Assembly (NCBI GenBank): GCA_048886685.1
Contig: JBHLKM010000003.1
Span: forward strand, 128,001-192,000
DNA from: Candidatus Hodarchaeota archaeon
GTDB taxonomy: Archaea > Asgardarchaeota > Lokiarchaeia > Sigyniarchaeales > SOKP01
Length of the DNA stretch: 64,000 nt
Direction of reading: 5' to 3'
The notes beneath the pieces are model-generated. The model ran no database searches. It saw nothing but the letters and a program-made list of their open reading frames with translations, and was not told the DNA's origin. This document shows positions 40,323 to 49,749 of this stretch, piece after piece. How positions within the stretch are numbered: position 1 is the first letter of the stretch; each line of letters starts with the position of its first letter. Both the position numbers and the translations under genes were made by a program.

Positions 40323-40430
40323 TAAGATCAAAGAAGTCATTTTTTTTTTAAGATTCTTGTATTAAGCTTAAAATGATATTTACAGATTATAATAATATAG
40401 TTTAAATCGTATAAGAATAGAATGATTATT

Positions 40431-40955
40431 ATGAACGATGAAGAACCGCCAAGACCTAAAGGAATAGATACAAACATTGAAGCACCTCAAATAGATACCG
40501 TAGATATTTATGAAAATAAAATCAATTTAAGTGAGCTTCTCAAGGAATATGATGGAGTTTTAATAGATTTCTTTCGAGGAAACTGGTGAAGTCATTGTAA
40601 AAAGCATTTAAAATTGTTGACAGAAAATTTATCAGAATTTACAACGCGAAATATAAAAATAATCTCTATTGTAAGTGATAGTGTAAGATTACTGAGAACT
40701 TTTAAAGAAGAAAATAATTTTAAAGTCGATTTAATCTCTGATCGTGGTGCTAAAATAGCTAAGGAATATGATGTCTATTGGTTTGCCCCTGGAGGAGGAA
40801 AAAAATACAAAATAAAACAAGCAGTTCCAAGTAAATTTTTAATTGATAAAAAAGGAATGATTATATGGAAATATATCGGCAAAGATAAAACAGATAGACC
40901 TTCCATTGAAATGATGACATCGATTATTGATAAAAATATGAAAAATCCTAATTAA
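40431..40955 (+). CDS. Peroxiredoxin-like (AhpC/TSA, Prx-like/SelU-type) selenoprotein with in-frame UGA (UxxC)
   Basis: From ATG 40431 (or 40422) the frame reads ...LIDFFRGNW-TGA(40587-89)-SHCKKHL... and continues into the 40614 ORF. TGA occupies the first Cys of the FYRGxWCxxC motif. Confidence 0.85.
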
Positions 40956-40957
40956 GA

Positions 40958-41017
40958 ATGAATTGTGCGTGAAAAAACCGAGACGCCCGAGGACGACCCT
41001 GCAAGGGACGGGATTTA
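40958..41017 (+). ncRNA. Candidate 3'-UTR SECIS-like structured element
   Basis: GC-rich island starting 3 nt after the stop. ATGA, then GCGT/ACGC stem with an A-rich loop and GA, then CCCT-GCA-AGGG hairpin. Confidence 0.55.
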
Positions 41018-41111
41018 CTTTTCTAATTTTTTTATTGTTTTCTTAGAAAATTTTTTATTTATCATTTATTATGTATTGTTCAAAACTTAGTTTACTAAAC
41101 TTGAGAAAATT

Positions 41112-42761
41112 ATGTTTAATCGAGCATTTAAAAACTTCTTGACGAAGAAACCTTCAAAGGATGACCTATACCCCTATCTATACTCTATTGCTTTTGGAGA
41201 ATTAGGAAAACCTAAAGAAGAAATTAAAACTAAACCAATTAGATGTAGTAACTGTGATGCAATCTTCACTGATACTGATTTAATTCAGATAGATTCTCAA
41301 AAAGGTTCTTATTATGTATGTGAATTCTGTGGAACAGTCAATACAATTGATAAATCAAAGATTGAGAAAAAGCTCCCAAATGACGTTGATTTTATTTTAA
41401 TAGAAGCATTAAAAAAAGGAGCAGAAAAAGAAGAAAAAATTACAAAAATGGATAAAATCGAGGGAGATCTTTATATTTCTGTGATAGATATCTCTGGTAG
41501 TATGAGTGGTGCTAAAATTGAAGCTGTTAAGAAATCATTAATTCAGACTTTAAAAGATTATAAAATTAATTCTCCTCTCACTAAATATTTATTAATCACA
41601 TTTGAGAGCTCTGTTTACTATTATTTAAGACATGACAAAAATCCTCTAATATTTAGTGGAGATTTACTATTTTCCTTTGAAGGAATGAAAGATCAATTGA
41701 ATAAATCATTAAAAAAGGAAAAATTTTTGGGTTCCTTAGGTGAATTCGCTGATGACTGGATAAGAAAAGTAAAGAGTCTTAGATCGATGGATATGACTGC
41801 ATTGGGTCCCGCACTATATTTTGCAATTCATTCTTTTGAATTATTCAATCATACTGGAAGAATTACATTATTAACTGATGGATTAGCAAATCAAGGAATA
41901 GGAAATTTATCTGGTACTAGTCCTGTTGCTGAAAAAACTTATGAAAATATGGCGGAATTATGTAATCAATATAAAATTATTGTTGATATTGTAGGAGTAT
42001 CAGCAAGTGGAGATAATAATGAAATGGGGCTACAAACATTAGGAAAACTAACTGATAAGACAGGAGGAACATTATATTTAATATCAAGCGAAGAAATGGA
42101 AGCAATTTTTTCTGAACTTAGGCAAATGAGATATATAGCAAAAGATGTAAAGGTTAAAGTTATAGTTCCTCCCAACATTATTATCAAGAACATAACAGGT
42201 GCTTATAGCGCTAAAGGTGTTGTTGAAGGTTCTGAAATAAACTTAGGGGCGATTACAGAAGATAGGGAATTATTCTTAGAACTTGAATCGGCTAAAGAAC
42301 TAGTGGAAAAAGAAGAAGTTCCTGTACAACTTCAAGTGGAATACTTGGATAACGATGGTCGCAAGAGAATGAGAGTTATTAATGATAGAGTAAAGGTGAC
42401 AAAAGATGAAAAGAAATTTAAATCTCAATATGACCAGAGATTTAACGTAATGATGAATATCCAAGCAGCTGGAGGCAGTTTTTATGCAGGAAAAGCCAGA
42501 GAATCAAAAAAACGGTTAATAAACTTAAAACGTGAGATGTTAGCTGAATTTAATCATATGAGATCATCAGGTTTGGGTATTAGTGGACAAAATTTTTCTA
42601 AGGGATTAGCTTATCTAGATGATGAATTGGAGGAAATTGAGATGGAAGAAGAAAAAGCAGCTCATGCTCCGACACAAAGCTACTGGGCAGTTAAAGGTCA
42701 AAAAAGAGCAAGAATTTCCTCAAGTGCTCTAAAAAAACGGATGGAAAAGAAGAAAAAATAA
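41112..42761 (+). CDS. Sec23/Sec24-like protein (Zn finger + vWA trunk + beta-sandwich)
   Basis: PIRCSNC...YVCEFCGTVN zinc finger, DISGSM MIDAS, TALGPAL, LLTDGLANQGIG, TGGT, QLQVEY...RMRV. Confidence 0.78.
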   Translation: MFNRAFKNFLTKKPSKDDLYPYLYSIAFGELGKPKEEIKTKPIRCSNCDAIFTDTDLIQIDSQKGSYYVCEFCGTVNTIDKSKIEKKLPNDVDFILIEALKKGAEKEEKITKMDKIEGDLYISVIDISGSMSGAKIEAVKKSLIQTLKDYKINSPLTKYLLITFESSVYYYLRHDKNPLIFSGDLLFSFEGMKDQLNKSLKKEKFLGSLGEFADDWIRKVKSLRSMDMTALGPALYFAIHSFELFNHTGRITLLTDGLANQGIGNLSGTSPVAEKTYENMAELCNQYKIIVDIVGVSASGDNNEMGLQTLGKLTDKTGGTLYLISSEEMEAIFSELRQMRYIAKDVKVKVIVPPNIIIKNITGAYSAKGVVEGSEINLGAITEDRELFLELESAKELVEKEEVPVQLQVEYLDNDGRKRMRVINDRVKVTKDEKKFKSQYDQRFNVMMNIQAAGGSFYAGKARESKKRLINLKREMLAEFNHMRSSGLGISGQNFSKGLAYLDDELEEIEMEEEKAAHAPTQSYWAVKGQKRARISSSALKKRMEKKKK

Positions 42762-42824
42762 AAAAAGAAGATTGGCAGTTCTACTTATATGGGTTTTAAT
42801 TATCTCTACAAAGACAATTTGCTA

Positions 42825-43658
42825 CTAGTTCTTTTCAAATATTCCTTGTATAACCACAATTCGTCCTTCTTTAAGGTTATGGACAATATTTCTCCACTTT
42901 GTCGTAGGATCCTCAACTATAACACCAAGATTAATTGGTTGGGGATTTTTAGATCGAGGTTTGTTTCTCATATGTTGAATACCTTCAAGTATTTTCATTG
43001 TATCGTCACTCCATGAAATTTCTCTAAATCCACTATTATTAATTAGTTGCCTAAGCTCACTAGCCGTGAGAAGAAAACTGATTTCAGGATTGTTCGCCCA
43101 TATCACAGGGAAATGTATAGGTGTGATCGAACCGGCGCAAACTGTATTAAGTGCCAGGCGACCTTTTGGTCGAAGAACACGACTAATTTGAGAAAACAAA
43201 CGTTCTTTATTCTCGATATTCATTAGGACGTGTTGTAAAAATGCTATATCAAATTCGCCTTTATCAAAAGGCATGTCTAGCCCATTTCCTTGTCGAATCT
43301 CTATTTTATTATTTAAGCCTACCTTATCGTTTATTATTTCTGCAGCACGACAGTATTCTTCACAAAGGTCTAGTCCTGTAATATAACAACCGAACTCAGC
43401 TACTAATGTCCTAGCAGGACCACCAATACCACTTCCTATATCAAGTACTCGCATACTTTCATTAAGTTCAACCTTTTGAGCAAGTTCCATGGTTGCCGAT
43501 CTTCCACGGAGGTGAAGCTCTTCAACAGGTGCAATAACATCTTGAATCAATTTTGCGGTTTCAATCCCTTCATCTTTTAATATAGTGAGAATCTTTTCAC
43601 CAAGATCATTTTGTCCGTATTGGGCGTTTATGGCTTCTTCATAATTCAAACTAAACAA
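42825..43658 (-). CDS. Class I SAM-dependent methyltransferase
   Basis: ELHLRG, VLDIGSGIGGPAR, RVLRPKG. Confidence 0.9.
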   Translation of the reverse strand: MFSLNYEEAINAQYGQNDLGEKILTILKDEGIETAKLIQDVIAPVEELHLRGRSATMELAQKVELNESMRVLDIGSGIGGPARTLVAEFGCYITGLDLCEEYCRAAEIINDKVGLNNKIEIRQGNGLDMPFDKGEFDIAFLQHVLMNIENKERLFSQISRVLRPKGRLALNTVCAGSITPIHFPVIWANNPEISFLLTASELRQLINNSGFREISWSDDTMKILEGIQHMRNKPRSKNPQPINLGVIVEDPTTKWRNIVHNLKEGRIVVIQGIFEKN

Positions 43659-43742
43659 ATCCTTCTTATTTGTTTAGTACAATATCATATCTTAAAAAAA
43701 GTTATGTTTGGAATTAAAAAGACTAGATTATTTCAAAAAGTG

Positions 43743-45230
43743 CTAAAACGATTTGCTATAGTGTATTGGAGGTTTTCGATCTACCCATGGTCTTTCTTGC
43801 TCCAATTGGGCTGCCAAACGGAAAAGAGTCGCCTCATCACCAAAACGAGCTGCAAATTGAATGCCTATAGGAATATTATCCGCTGTCCAATATAACGGAA
43901 CTGACATAGCTGGTTGACCTGTTGCATTATATACAAAAGTAAAGGCAACAAGATTATTCATTAATTGGATAGTTTTGCCTACTTTCGTCGAACTTTCTGG
44001 CGAAAAAGAACCTATTTTAGGAGGGGGAATTGTCAATGTCGGAGTGAGAAGTATATCATAACCACCCTTATGAAACCATCGTGCTACTTTCCGTGAAAAA
44101 CGCTGACATTCTTCTATAGCACTTAAATACTCGGCTCCAGTTCGAGTCATCGCGTTTTGATAAAACAACCAGGTCATAAGCTCCACTTGATCTTCTGTTA
44201 TCTTTTTACCTAATTCTTTTTCCCAATATGTGAACATATGACCAGTTGTACTAGCAAATATAATGCCAAAATGCATAAAAAGATTTGTATAGCTCAATTC
44301 TTCTGCATTTATCTCATCAACATTATGTCCTAAACTTTCGGATAACTTGGCTGCATCTCTCACTGCTTTTTCACATTCTGGATGTATTTTAGGTCCAAAA
44401 CTCCAACCATTAGGAATAGATGTTAAAAAGCCAATATTTAAGCGCCCTACTTCTTTCTCAACTTCTTCTAAGAAAGGCCGTTTCTTTGGCGGGGCATAAT
44501 AAGGATCTCCAATATCTGGTCCTGAGGTTACATCCAAAAGGGCGGCTGAATCTCTAACTGTTCGAGTGAGTGCATGTTCTACAACAACTCCACTCCCAAA
44601 ATCACCTAAAAGTGGACCTAGAGGGTTCCGTGCTCGAGTTGGTTTCATTCCGAAGACTCCACAACATGAGGCAGGGATACGAATCGAGCCTCCTCCATCA
44701 TTTCCATGAGCCATTGGTACAATACCAGCTGCTACAGCTACTGCTGAACCCCCACTAGAGCCTCCTGATATTATATCTGGGTTCCAAGGATTAGTTGTTG
44801 GTCCATATATTATAGGTTCTGTAGTGGGAAGACATCCAAATTCAGGTGTATTAGTTTTGCCAATAATTATCAATCCGGCATTTTTTTGTCGTTTCACGAG
44901 TTCTGAATCAAATTTCGATATATACCCCTTAACGACACCAGAACCTTCATTAAGAGGAGCCCCTTCATATTCAGCAATTAAATCTTTTAAGAGAAAGGGT
45001 ACACCACTAAAAATAGCATCAGTACGTCTACCTGAACTAATTTCCTTATCCCATTTTTTTGCTATTTTATGTGCTTCGTCATACATCTTATGAATCACGG
45101 CATTAAGTTTAGGATTAACACGCTCAATTCGTTCAATAGTCATCTCAACTAATTCAGATGGCTTAACTTCTCCTTCACGTACCATTTCTCCCAAACCAAT
45201 CGCATCATACTCCATCAATTCAACTTTCAA
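43743..45230 (-). CDS. Amidase signature family enzyme
   Basis: [30 protein letters not shown]. Confidence 0.93.
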   Translation of the reverse strand: MKVELMEYDAIGLGEMVREGEVKPSELVEMTIERIERVNPKLNAVIHKMYDEAHKIAKKWDKEISSGRRTDAIFSGVPFLLKDLIAEYEGAPLNEGSGVVKGYISKFDSELVKRQKNAGLIIIGKTNTPEFGCLPTTEPIIYGPTTNPWNPDIISGGSSGGSAVAVAAGIVPMAHGNDGGGSIRIPASCCGVFGMKPTRARNPLGPLLGDFGSGVVVEHALTRTVRDSAALLDVTSGPDIGDPYYAPPKKRPFLEEVEKEVGRLNIGFLTSIPNGWSFGPKIHPECEKAVRDAAKLSESLGHNVDEINAEELSYTNLFMHFGIIFASTTGHMFTYWEKELGKKITEDQVELMTWLFYQNAMTRTGAEYLSAIEECQRFSRKVARWFHKGGYDILLTPTLTIPPPKIGSFSPESSTKVGKTIQLMNNLVAFTFVYNATGQPAMSVPLYWTADNIPIGIQFAARFGDEATLFRLAAQLEQERPWVDRKPPIHYSKSF

Positions 45231-45450
45231 GATTTTACACTTTTTAATTTTTATTTGTAGTTGGATTAATTTTTATTTTTAAATATTAATCAATTAAGTA
45301 AAAAAAACTTATATACATATGTGTAGAATATTATACTGCTGATTTACCAACAAAATACTATTACTACTAAGATCAAACACTAATGTTATCTATTAAAAAA
45401 ATCCAAAAAAAAAACAAAATAAAAAGAATACAAAAAAAATAATGGTATTC

Positions 45451-45801
45451 TTATTTTATTTTTTTGATTATAAAAAGACCTAATCCCATAGCACCACCAA
45501 TAATGCTCCAGACTATGGCAATCCACATCCAGATGATTATATCACCAGGAAAGAAAGGATAGAATATCCATAGAATGACTAAAATAACCGCCCAAATAGT
45601 TCCAATTGTTTTTTCTTTTTTTTCACTCTCACTCATGAAAAATATTAAATGTAGGACAGCACCAATGATGCTCCAAATAATTGCCAACCACATCCAAAAA
45701 AATATGTCACCAGGAAAGAACGGGTAAAAAATCCACAAAAATACTAAAATAATTACCCAAACAGTTCCTGTTATCTTTTTTATTTTATCTATATCTCCCA
45801 T
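45451..45801 (-). CDS. Small 4-TM membrane protein made of an internal tandem duplication
   Basis: GT.W.I....LWIFYPFFPGDI..WMW.AI.WSIIG occurs twice. Confidence 0.75.
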   Translation of the reverse strand: MGDIDKIKKITGTVWVIILVFLWIFYPFFPGDIFFWMWLAIIWSIIGAVLHLIFFMSESEKKEKTIGTIWAVILVILWIFYPFFPGDIIIWMWIAIVWSIIGGAMGLGLFIIKKIK

Positions 45802-45981
45802 TTTATTTTTCTTCCTTTTGTTTATTGTTTTACTTAATTTTAAGGAAAATAAATTGTTGATATAATAGAATAAAGTTACTTTTTATAAAAATCAGATCTC
45901 CTCATTCGAGAATTATGGCTAAAGCCTTTATAAAAAAACAGAAAAGGTAATCTTATTAAAAATAATATCAAATTGATAAAT

Positions 45982-46143
45982 ATGAACAAGAAGACTAAAG
46001 TTTTATTATATAGTCTTGGGTTTCTTGAGGGACCCAGATGGCGAAATGGGAAGTTGTTCTTTTCAGATGCTGTCGTAGGAAAAAGTTATTGTGTTGATGG
46101 TAAAGGGAATTCAGAAGTCATCGTTAAAATGGCTAGTCCATAA
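45982..46143 (+). pseudogene. Truncated SMP-30/gluconolactonase/LRE family fragment (53 aa)
   Basis: MNKKTKVLLYSLGFLEGPRWRNGKLFFSD... matches the family N-terminal EGPRW..G.L.FSD motif, then stops. Confidence 0.7.
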
Positions 46144-46167
46144 CACTTTTTGAGAAGGTGAAAAGAT

Positions 46168-46617
46168 TTGAATGAAAGGATCTCAAAGGATGATTATTTC
46201 ATGAAAATAGCAGAAGTGGCATCTTTACGCTCTACGTGTATTAAGAGAAAAGTGGGAGCAGTACTGGTAAAAAATGACCACATTTTATCTACAGGATATA
46301 ATGGTGCACCCTCTGGATTTGCCCATTGCACTTCTGACTCATGTGTTCGAAAACATCTTATGCCTGGTGAACGACCAGAATGGTGTAGGGGGGTTCACGC
46401 CGAGATTAATTGTATCATCCAAGCCGCACTTCATGGGACAGCAATCGAAGGGACTACTTCACTCTATACCACTACCTTTCCCTGTATGAGCTGTCTAAAA
46501 TTGATTATTAATGCGAAAATCAAACGATTGGTCTACAAGGAAGGATATAACATGGAAAATCGAATAAAAGAGGAATTGGTACAAGAATCTGAGATTGAAA
46601 TTGTAAAATTGGATTGA
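46168..46617 (+). CDS. dCMP deaminase/ComEB family
   Basis: RSTC..RKVGA, TGYNG, HAE, PCMSC. Confidence 0.92.
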   Translation: MNERISKDDYFMKIAEVASLRSTCIKRKVGAVLVKNDHILSTGYNGAPSGFAHCTSDSCVRKHLMPGERPEWCRGVHAEINCIIQAALHGTAIEGTTSLYTTTFPCMSCLKLIINAKIKRLVYKEGYNMENRIKEELVQESEIEIVKLD

Positions 46618-46741
46618 AAATGGTTATAAAATGAAGTGATTATCATGATTAAGATTTGGTTCAATTCTAAAATATATAGAAAAAAGAATGAAAAAAAAAT
46701 ATAGTTTTTATTTTTTTTGAAGAAAATAACAAAAAAATTGC

Positions 46742-46948
46742 TTAGATTAATCCGATAGCAATTTTCATATCAGCTGCGGTTACTTTCTTTCTGCCAGAGT
46801 GTTTAGCAATATCAAGCGCACAACCAGTAAGGCTTTTCGCATATTCTTCTAAATAATCCATTAATTTATCAACTGCAGCTCGACTTACGATTTCTGCTCC
46901 GGCTTTTTTCATTAGAGCCCTTAATGGACTCCATGCAAATGCTGCCAT
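46742..46948 (-). CDS. Archaeal histone (tail-less)
   Basis: KKAGAEIVS, A.HSGRKKVTAADM histone-fold motif, GGAGG SD upstream. Confidence 0.93.
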   Translation of the reverse strand: MAAFAWSPLRALMKKAGAEIVSRAAVDKLMDYLEEYAKSLTGCALDIAKHSGRKKVTAADMKIAIGLI

Positions 46949-47394
46949 TTTTTTATTCCTCCACTAATTTTTAATTTAGGTTTGTTTTATTTAAGATTAA
47001 ATACTTTAATAAAATTGATGTATTTATAATTCTAAATTGTTGTTTCTTATATATAAATATGTTGGTTGGTTTTCGATAACCGAGCAATTTGATCAACTAG
47101 ATCTAATCGACAAAAAAAATCGGGATAGAAAAAAATATTTGTTTTTATTACTAAATTCCAATTATAAGATCTGATCAATATCTGAGATCATTTGGGGCAC
47201 TTTATGATCTTGAATTAGTAATTTCATTATGAGCTGGTTAAAATTATTGATATATTTGTGAATAATCTTTTATGAAATAAAATTTCAAAATACATATCGA
47301 GCTAAATTTCTACACATTTATTTAATAGAGCCTTAATTTCACGCTTTTAACCATTTATAAAATTATCTAAAACTCAAATTTTTTGAAAAAGAAT

Positions 47395-47628
47395 TCATCT
47401 TTTTAAATTACTTTTTGGGGGATTGGTCTTCCTATTCTGTCTAATTAGAAGGAGCCCGAGAAGTAGGAAAACTAAATCAAAAAGTATATCCTTAACGTAC
47501 ACAATACTTTCTTTAAATCCGAAAAATACCCTAATATTTAAGGCAATAATCCCATATAAAATAGAGATTAATCCAAAACTAAAAAGCAATATACCCATAA
47601 AAAAGGTAAAATCATTTTTTCTCCTCAT
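47395..47628 (-). CDS. Small 2-TM hypothetical protein
   Basis: 77 aa with two hydrophobic helices. Confidence 0.5.
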   Translation of the reverse strand: MRRKNDFTFFMGILLFSFGLISILYGIIALNIRVFFGFKESIVYVKDILFDLVFLLLGLLLIRQNRKTNPPKSNLKR

Positions 47629-47881
47629 ATCTTTAATCTGAGATTATGCTTTTACTTAATATTATGAAATTTAAGTATTTAACAGATTTCCTTTTCTAAA
47701 AATTCTCATAATTAGTAGATTTTATATTAAATTTTTTTTATATTAAATATGTTTTATAAATAAATCGAACTCATTCTCTTTTAAGGATCCTATAAATGGA
47801 AAATAGATAGAAAAAATAATTATATTATTTAGTATAATTAATTTTAATTGAACCAAGATTATTTAAGGAGATCTTTAAAAT

Positions 47882-48943
47882 ATGAGTGAAATTAATCCTA
47901 TAATTTTAGTAATTTCTGATATTCATTTAGGATCCTTGGATAGTGAAAAAGATTTGTTCCTTCGGTTTTTAAAAAAAATTATTAATGGGGAATTTGGGAC
48001 TGAATTAAAAGCACTCTTAATATTAGGAGATTTTATTGATTTATGTACAGATATTCCTGAAACTCTTTTGAAAAGACCGCAAATCCAGGAGATATTCACT
48101 CTTTTATTAGAAATTAAAACGGATATGAATCTCATTTTTATACTTGGAAATCATGAAATTCCTGTAACAGGAGATTACGATGAAAAATTCAAACATCGAA
48201 AAGAAAAATTTTTGAACAGATTTAGGAGTAGTAATTTCGGTGAATTATTTAATAATGATGAGATTTACTGTCAATACATGTTATTAAAAAAGGTGAATAA
48301 AGAGGATTTTCTTTTGTTATATGATACAAGAGAAGAAATTGAGGAAAATCCAATTAACAAAATAAGGATTGAAGGAATTGAATTAGATGAAGATTATAGA
48401 TGTTTTATGACACATGGCTATCAATTTGATGGCGATATCTATCGCTTTTTTGTTGGGCAAATATGGAGATCCTTAATCGCTAGGAATAAAATTGAAGTAA
48501 AGGAGGCATATGATTATTTTTGGAATGAAGTAATTAAGAATGGGAGAAAAATCAAACCAGTTACATTTGAAATGATGAAAAAAGATTTGGCTAATTTAAA
48601 AAATGTGTCTATAGAATCACAAGATATCCTTTTTTCAGAATTAAACATTTTAGAATTTAATCTAATAAAAGCAAACATGCGGATATTGAAGAAATGGGAA
48701 CATGCTAGTAAACCGGATTATTACTTTAATGAGATAAAAAGGTTCTTAGAGGATGATGAATATAATTTATCAAAAATAAATCATTTAATATATGGGCATT
48801 CACACCATAAGGAAGTGTATGATGGAATAGTAAATGGTCATTCAATAAGAGTGGTAAACGATGGCTCATGGCAACATATAGGGCCATCCTATGTAGAAAT
48901 TTATAAGAGGGGGATTATTAACTTAAAATCTTTTAGTGCATAG
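47882..48943 (+). CDS. Calcineurin-like metallophosphoesterase
   Basis: SDIHLG, GDFID, GNHE, THG, GHSH, NDGSW. Confidence 0.9.
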   Translation: MSEINPIILVISDIHLGSLDSEKDLFLRFLKKIINGEFGTELKALLILGDFIDLCTDIPETLLKRPQIQEIFTLLLEIKTDMNLIFILGNHEIPVTGDYDEKFKHRKEKFLNRFRSSNFGELFNNDEIYCQYMLLKKVNKEDFLLLYDTREEIEENPINKIRIEGIELDEDYRCFMTHGYQFDGDIYRFFVGQIWRSLIARNKIEVKEAYDYFWNEVIKNGRKIKPVTFEMMKKDLANLKNVSIESQDILFSELNILEFNLIKANMRILKKWEHASKPDYYFNEIKRFLEDDEYNLSKINHLIYGHSHHKEVYDGIVNGHSIRVVNDGSWQHIGPSYVEIYKRGIINLKSFSA

Positions 48944-49080
48944 GTATGCTTGAAAGTACCATCCAAATTCTCATTTATTTTGGTTTTGTATTTAAATAAT
49001 GTTCACAATTTATAAATCTCAACCTTTATTTTAAATTATTAAGCTAAAATTATTAACATATTAGGGATAAGTTTTTATCT

Positions 49081-49689
49081 ATGACAGAGCAAGAAACCCC
49101 AATCTTTAAGATGAATCATGAGAAAAAACCAATCTATATTTTCAAGATCGTAATTTTGGGTCAAGAGCGTGTAGGGAAGACCTGCATTGCCAAACGCTTA
49201 TGTTTTAATATGTTTGATGTTGAGACAAAAGAAACGCTTGGAATTGAGTTCTATACATATGATCTTCCCATTAGAGTTGCTGGAGAAGAAACTTTTATTA
49301 GAATTAGCATATGGGATTTTGGTGGTCGGGAGCAGTTTAAAAAATTATTTCCGTATTATATTAATGGTGCCAATGGTATTTTTATGGTATTTAGTTTAGT
49401 AGATCTTCAAACTTTATTAAGATTAGATTGGTGGTATGAGAGATTAGGTGAATATAATCATGCGGAAACTCCAAGAATATTTATTGGTGCTAAAAATGAT
49501 CTTGTAGGAAATGTTGACAATAAAACGCGAGTAGATAAATTGGTTATAGATAGATTTATGAAACGGCATGATGAAAGTGATTTTTTCAAAACTTCCTCAA
49601 AAGAAAATTATAATATTAAAAAAATTTTTAAAGAGCTGGTTATTAAGATTTTAGACAAGAACAAATTAGATTACGACCAACTTGAATAA
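49081..49689 (+). CDS. Rab-like small GTPase
   Basis: GQERVGKT, TLGIEF, WDFGG, GAKND, KTSSK. Confidence 0.9.
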   Translation: MTEQETPIFKMNHEKKPIYIFKIVILGQERVGKTCIAKRLCFNMFDVETKETLGIEFYTYDLPIRVAGEETFIRISIWDFGGREQFKKLFPYYINGANGIFMVFSLVDLQTLLRLDWWYERLGEYNHAETPRIFIGAKNDLVGNVDNKTRVDKLVIDRFMKRHDESDFFKTSSKENYNIKKIFKELVIKILDKNKLDYDQLE

Positions 49690-49749
49690 AAAAAAAGTTA
49701 TTTATTTTCTTATTAAAAACGTAATACACTCCTTTTAGTGGATTTTATA

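Noticed and set aside
40614-40955. 113-aa ORF starting at TTG as a complete gene
   Set aside because: It lacks the N-terminal strands and redox motif, which lie in frame upstream across the TGA.
40959-41017. Type III hammerhead ribozyme reading of the GC-rich element (three-way junction with CCGAGGA resembling CUGANGA)
   Set aside because: The required GAAA strand reads GGAU and there is no NUH cleavage triplet, so the catalytic core is incomplete.
46949-47394. Replication origin in the long AT-rich gap
   Set aside because: No ORB-type repeats with G-strings and no adjacent cdc6/orc1 gene.
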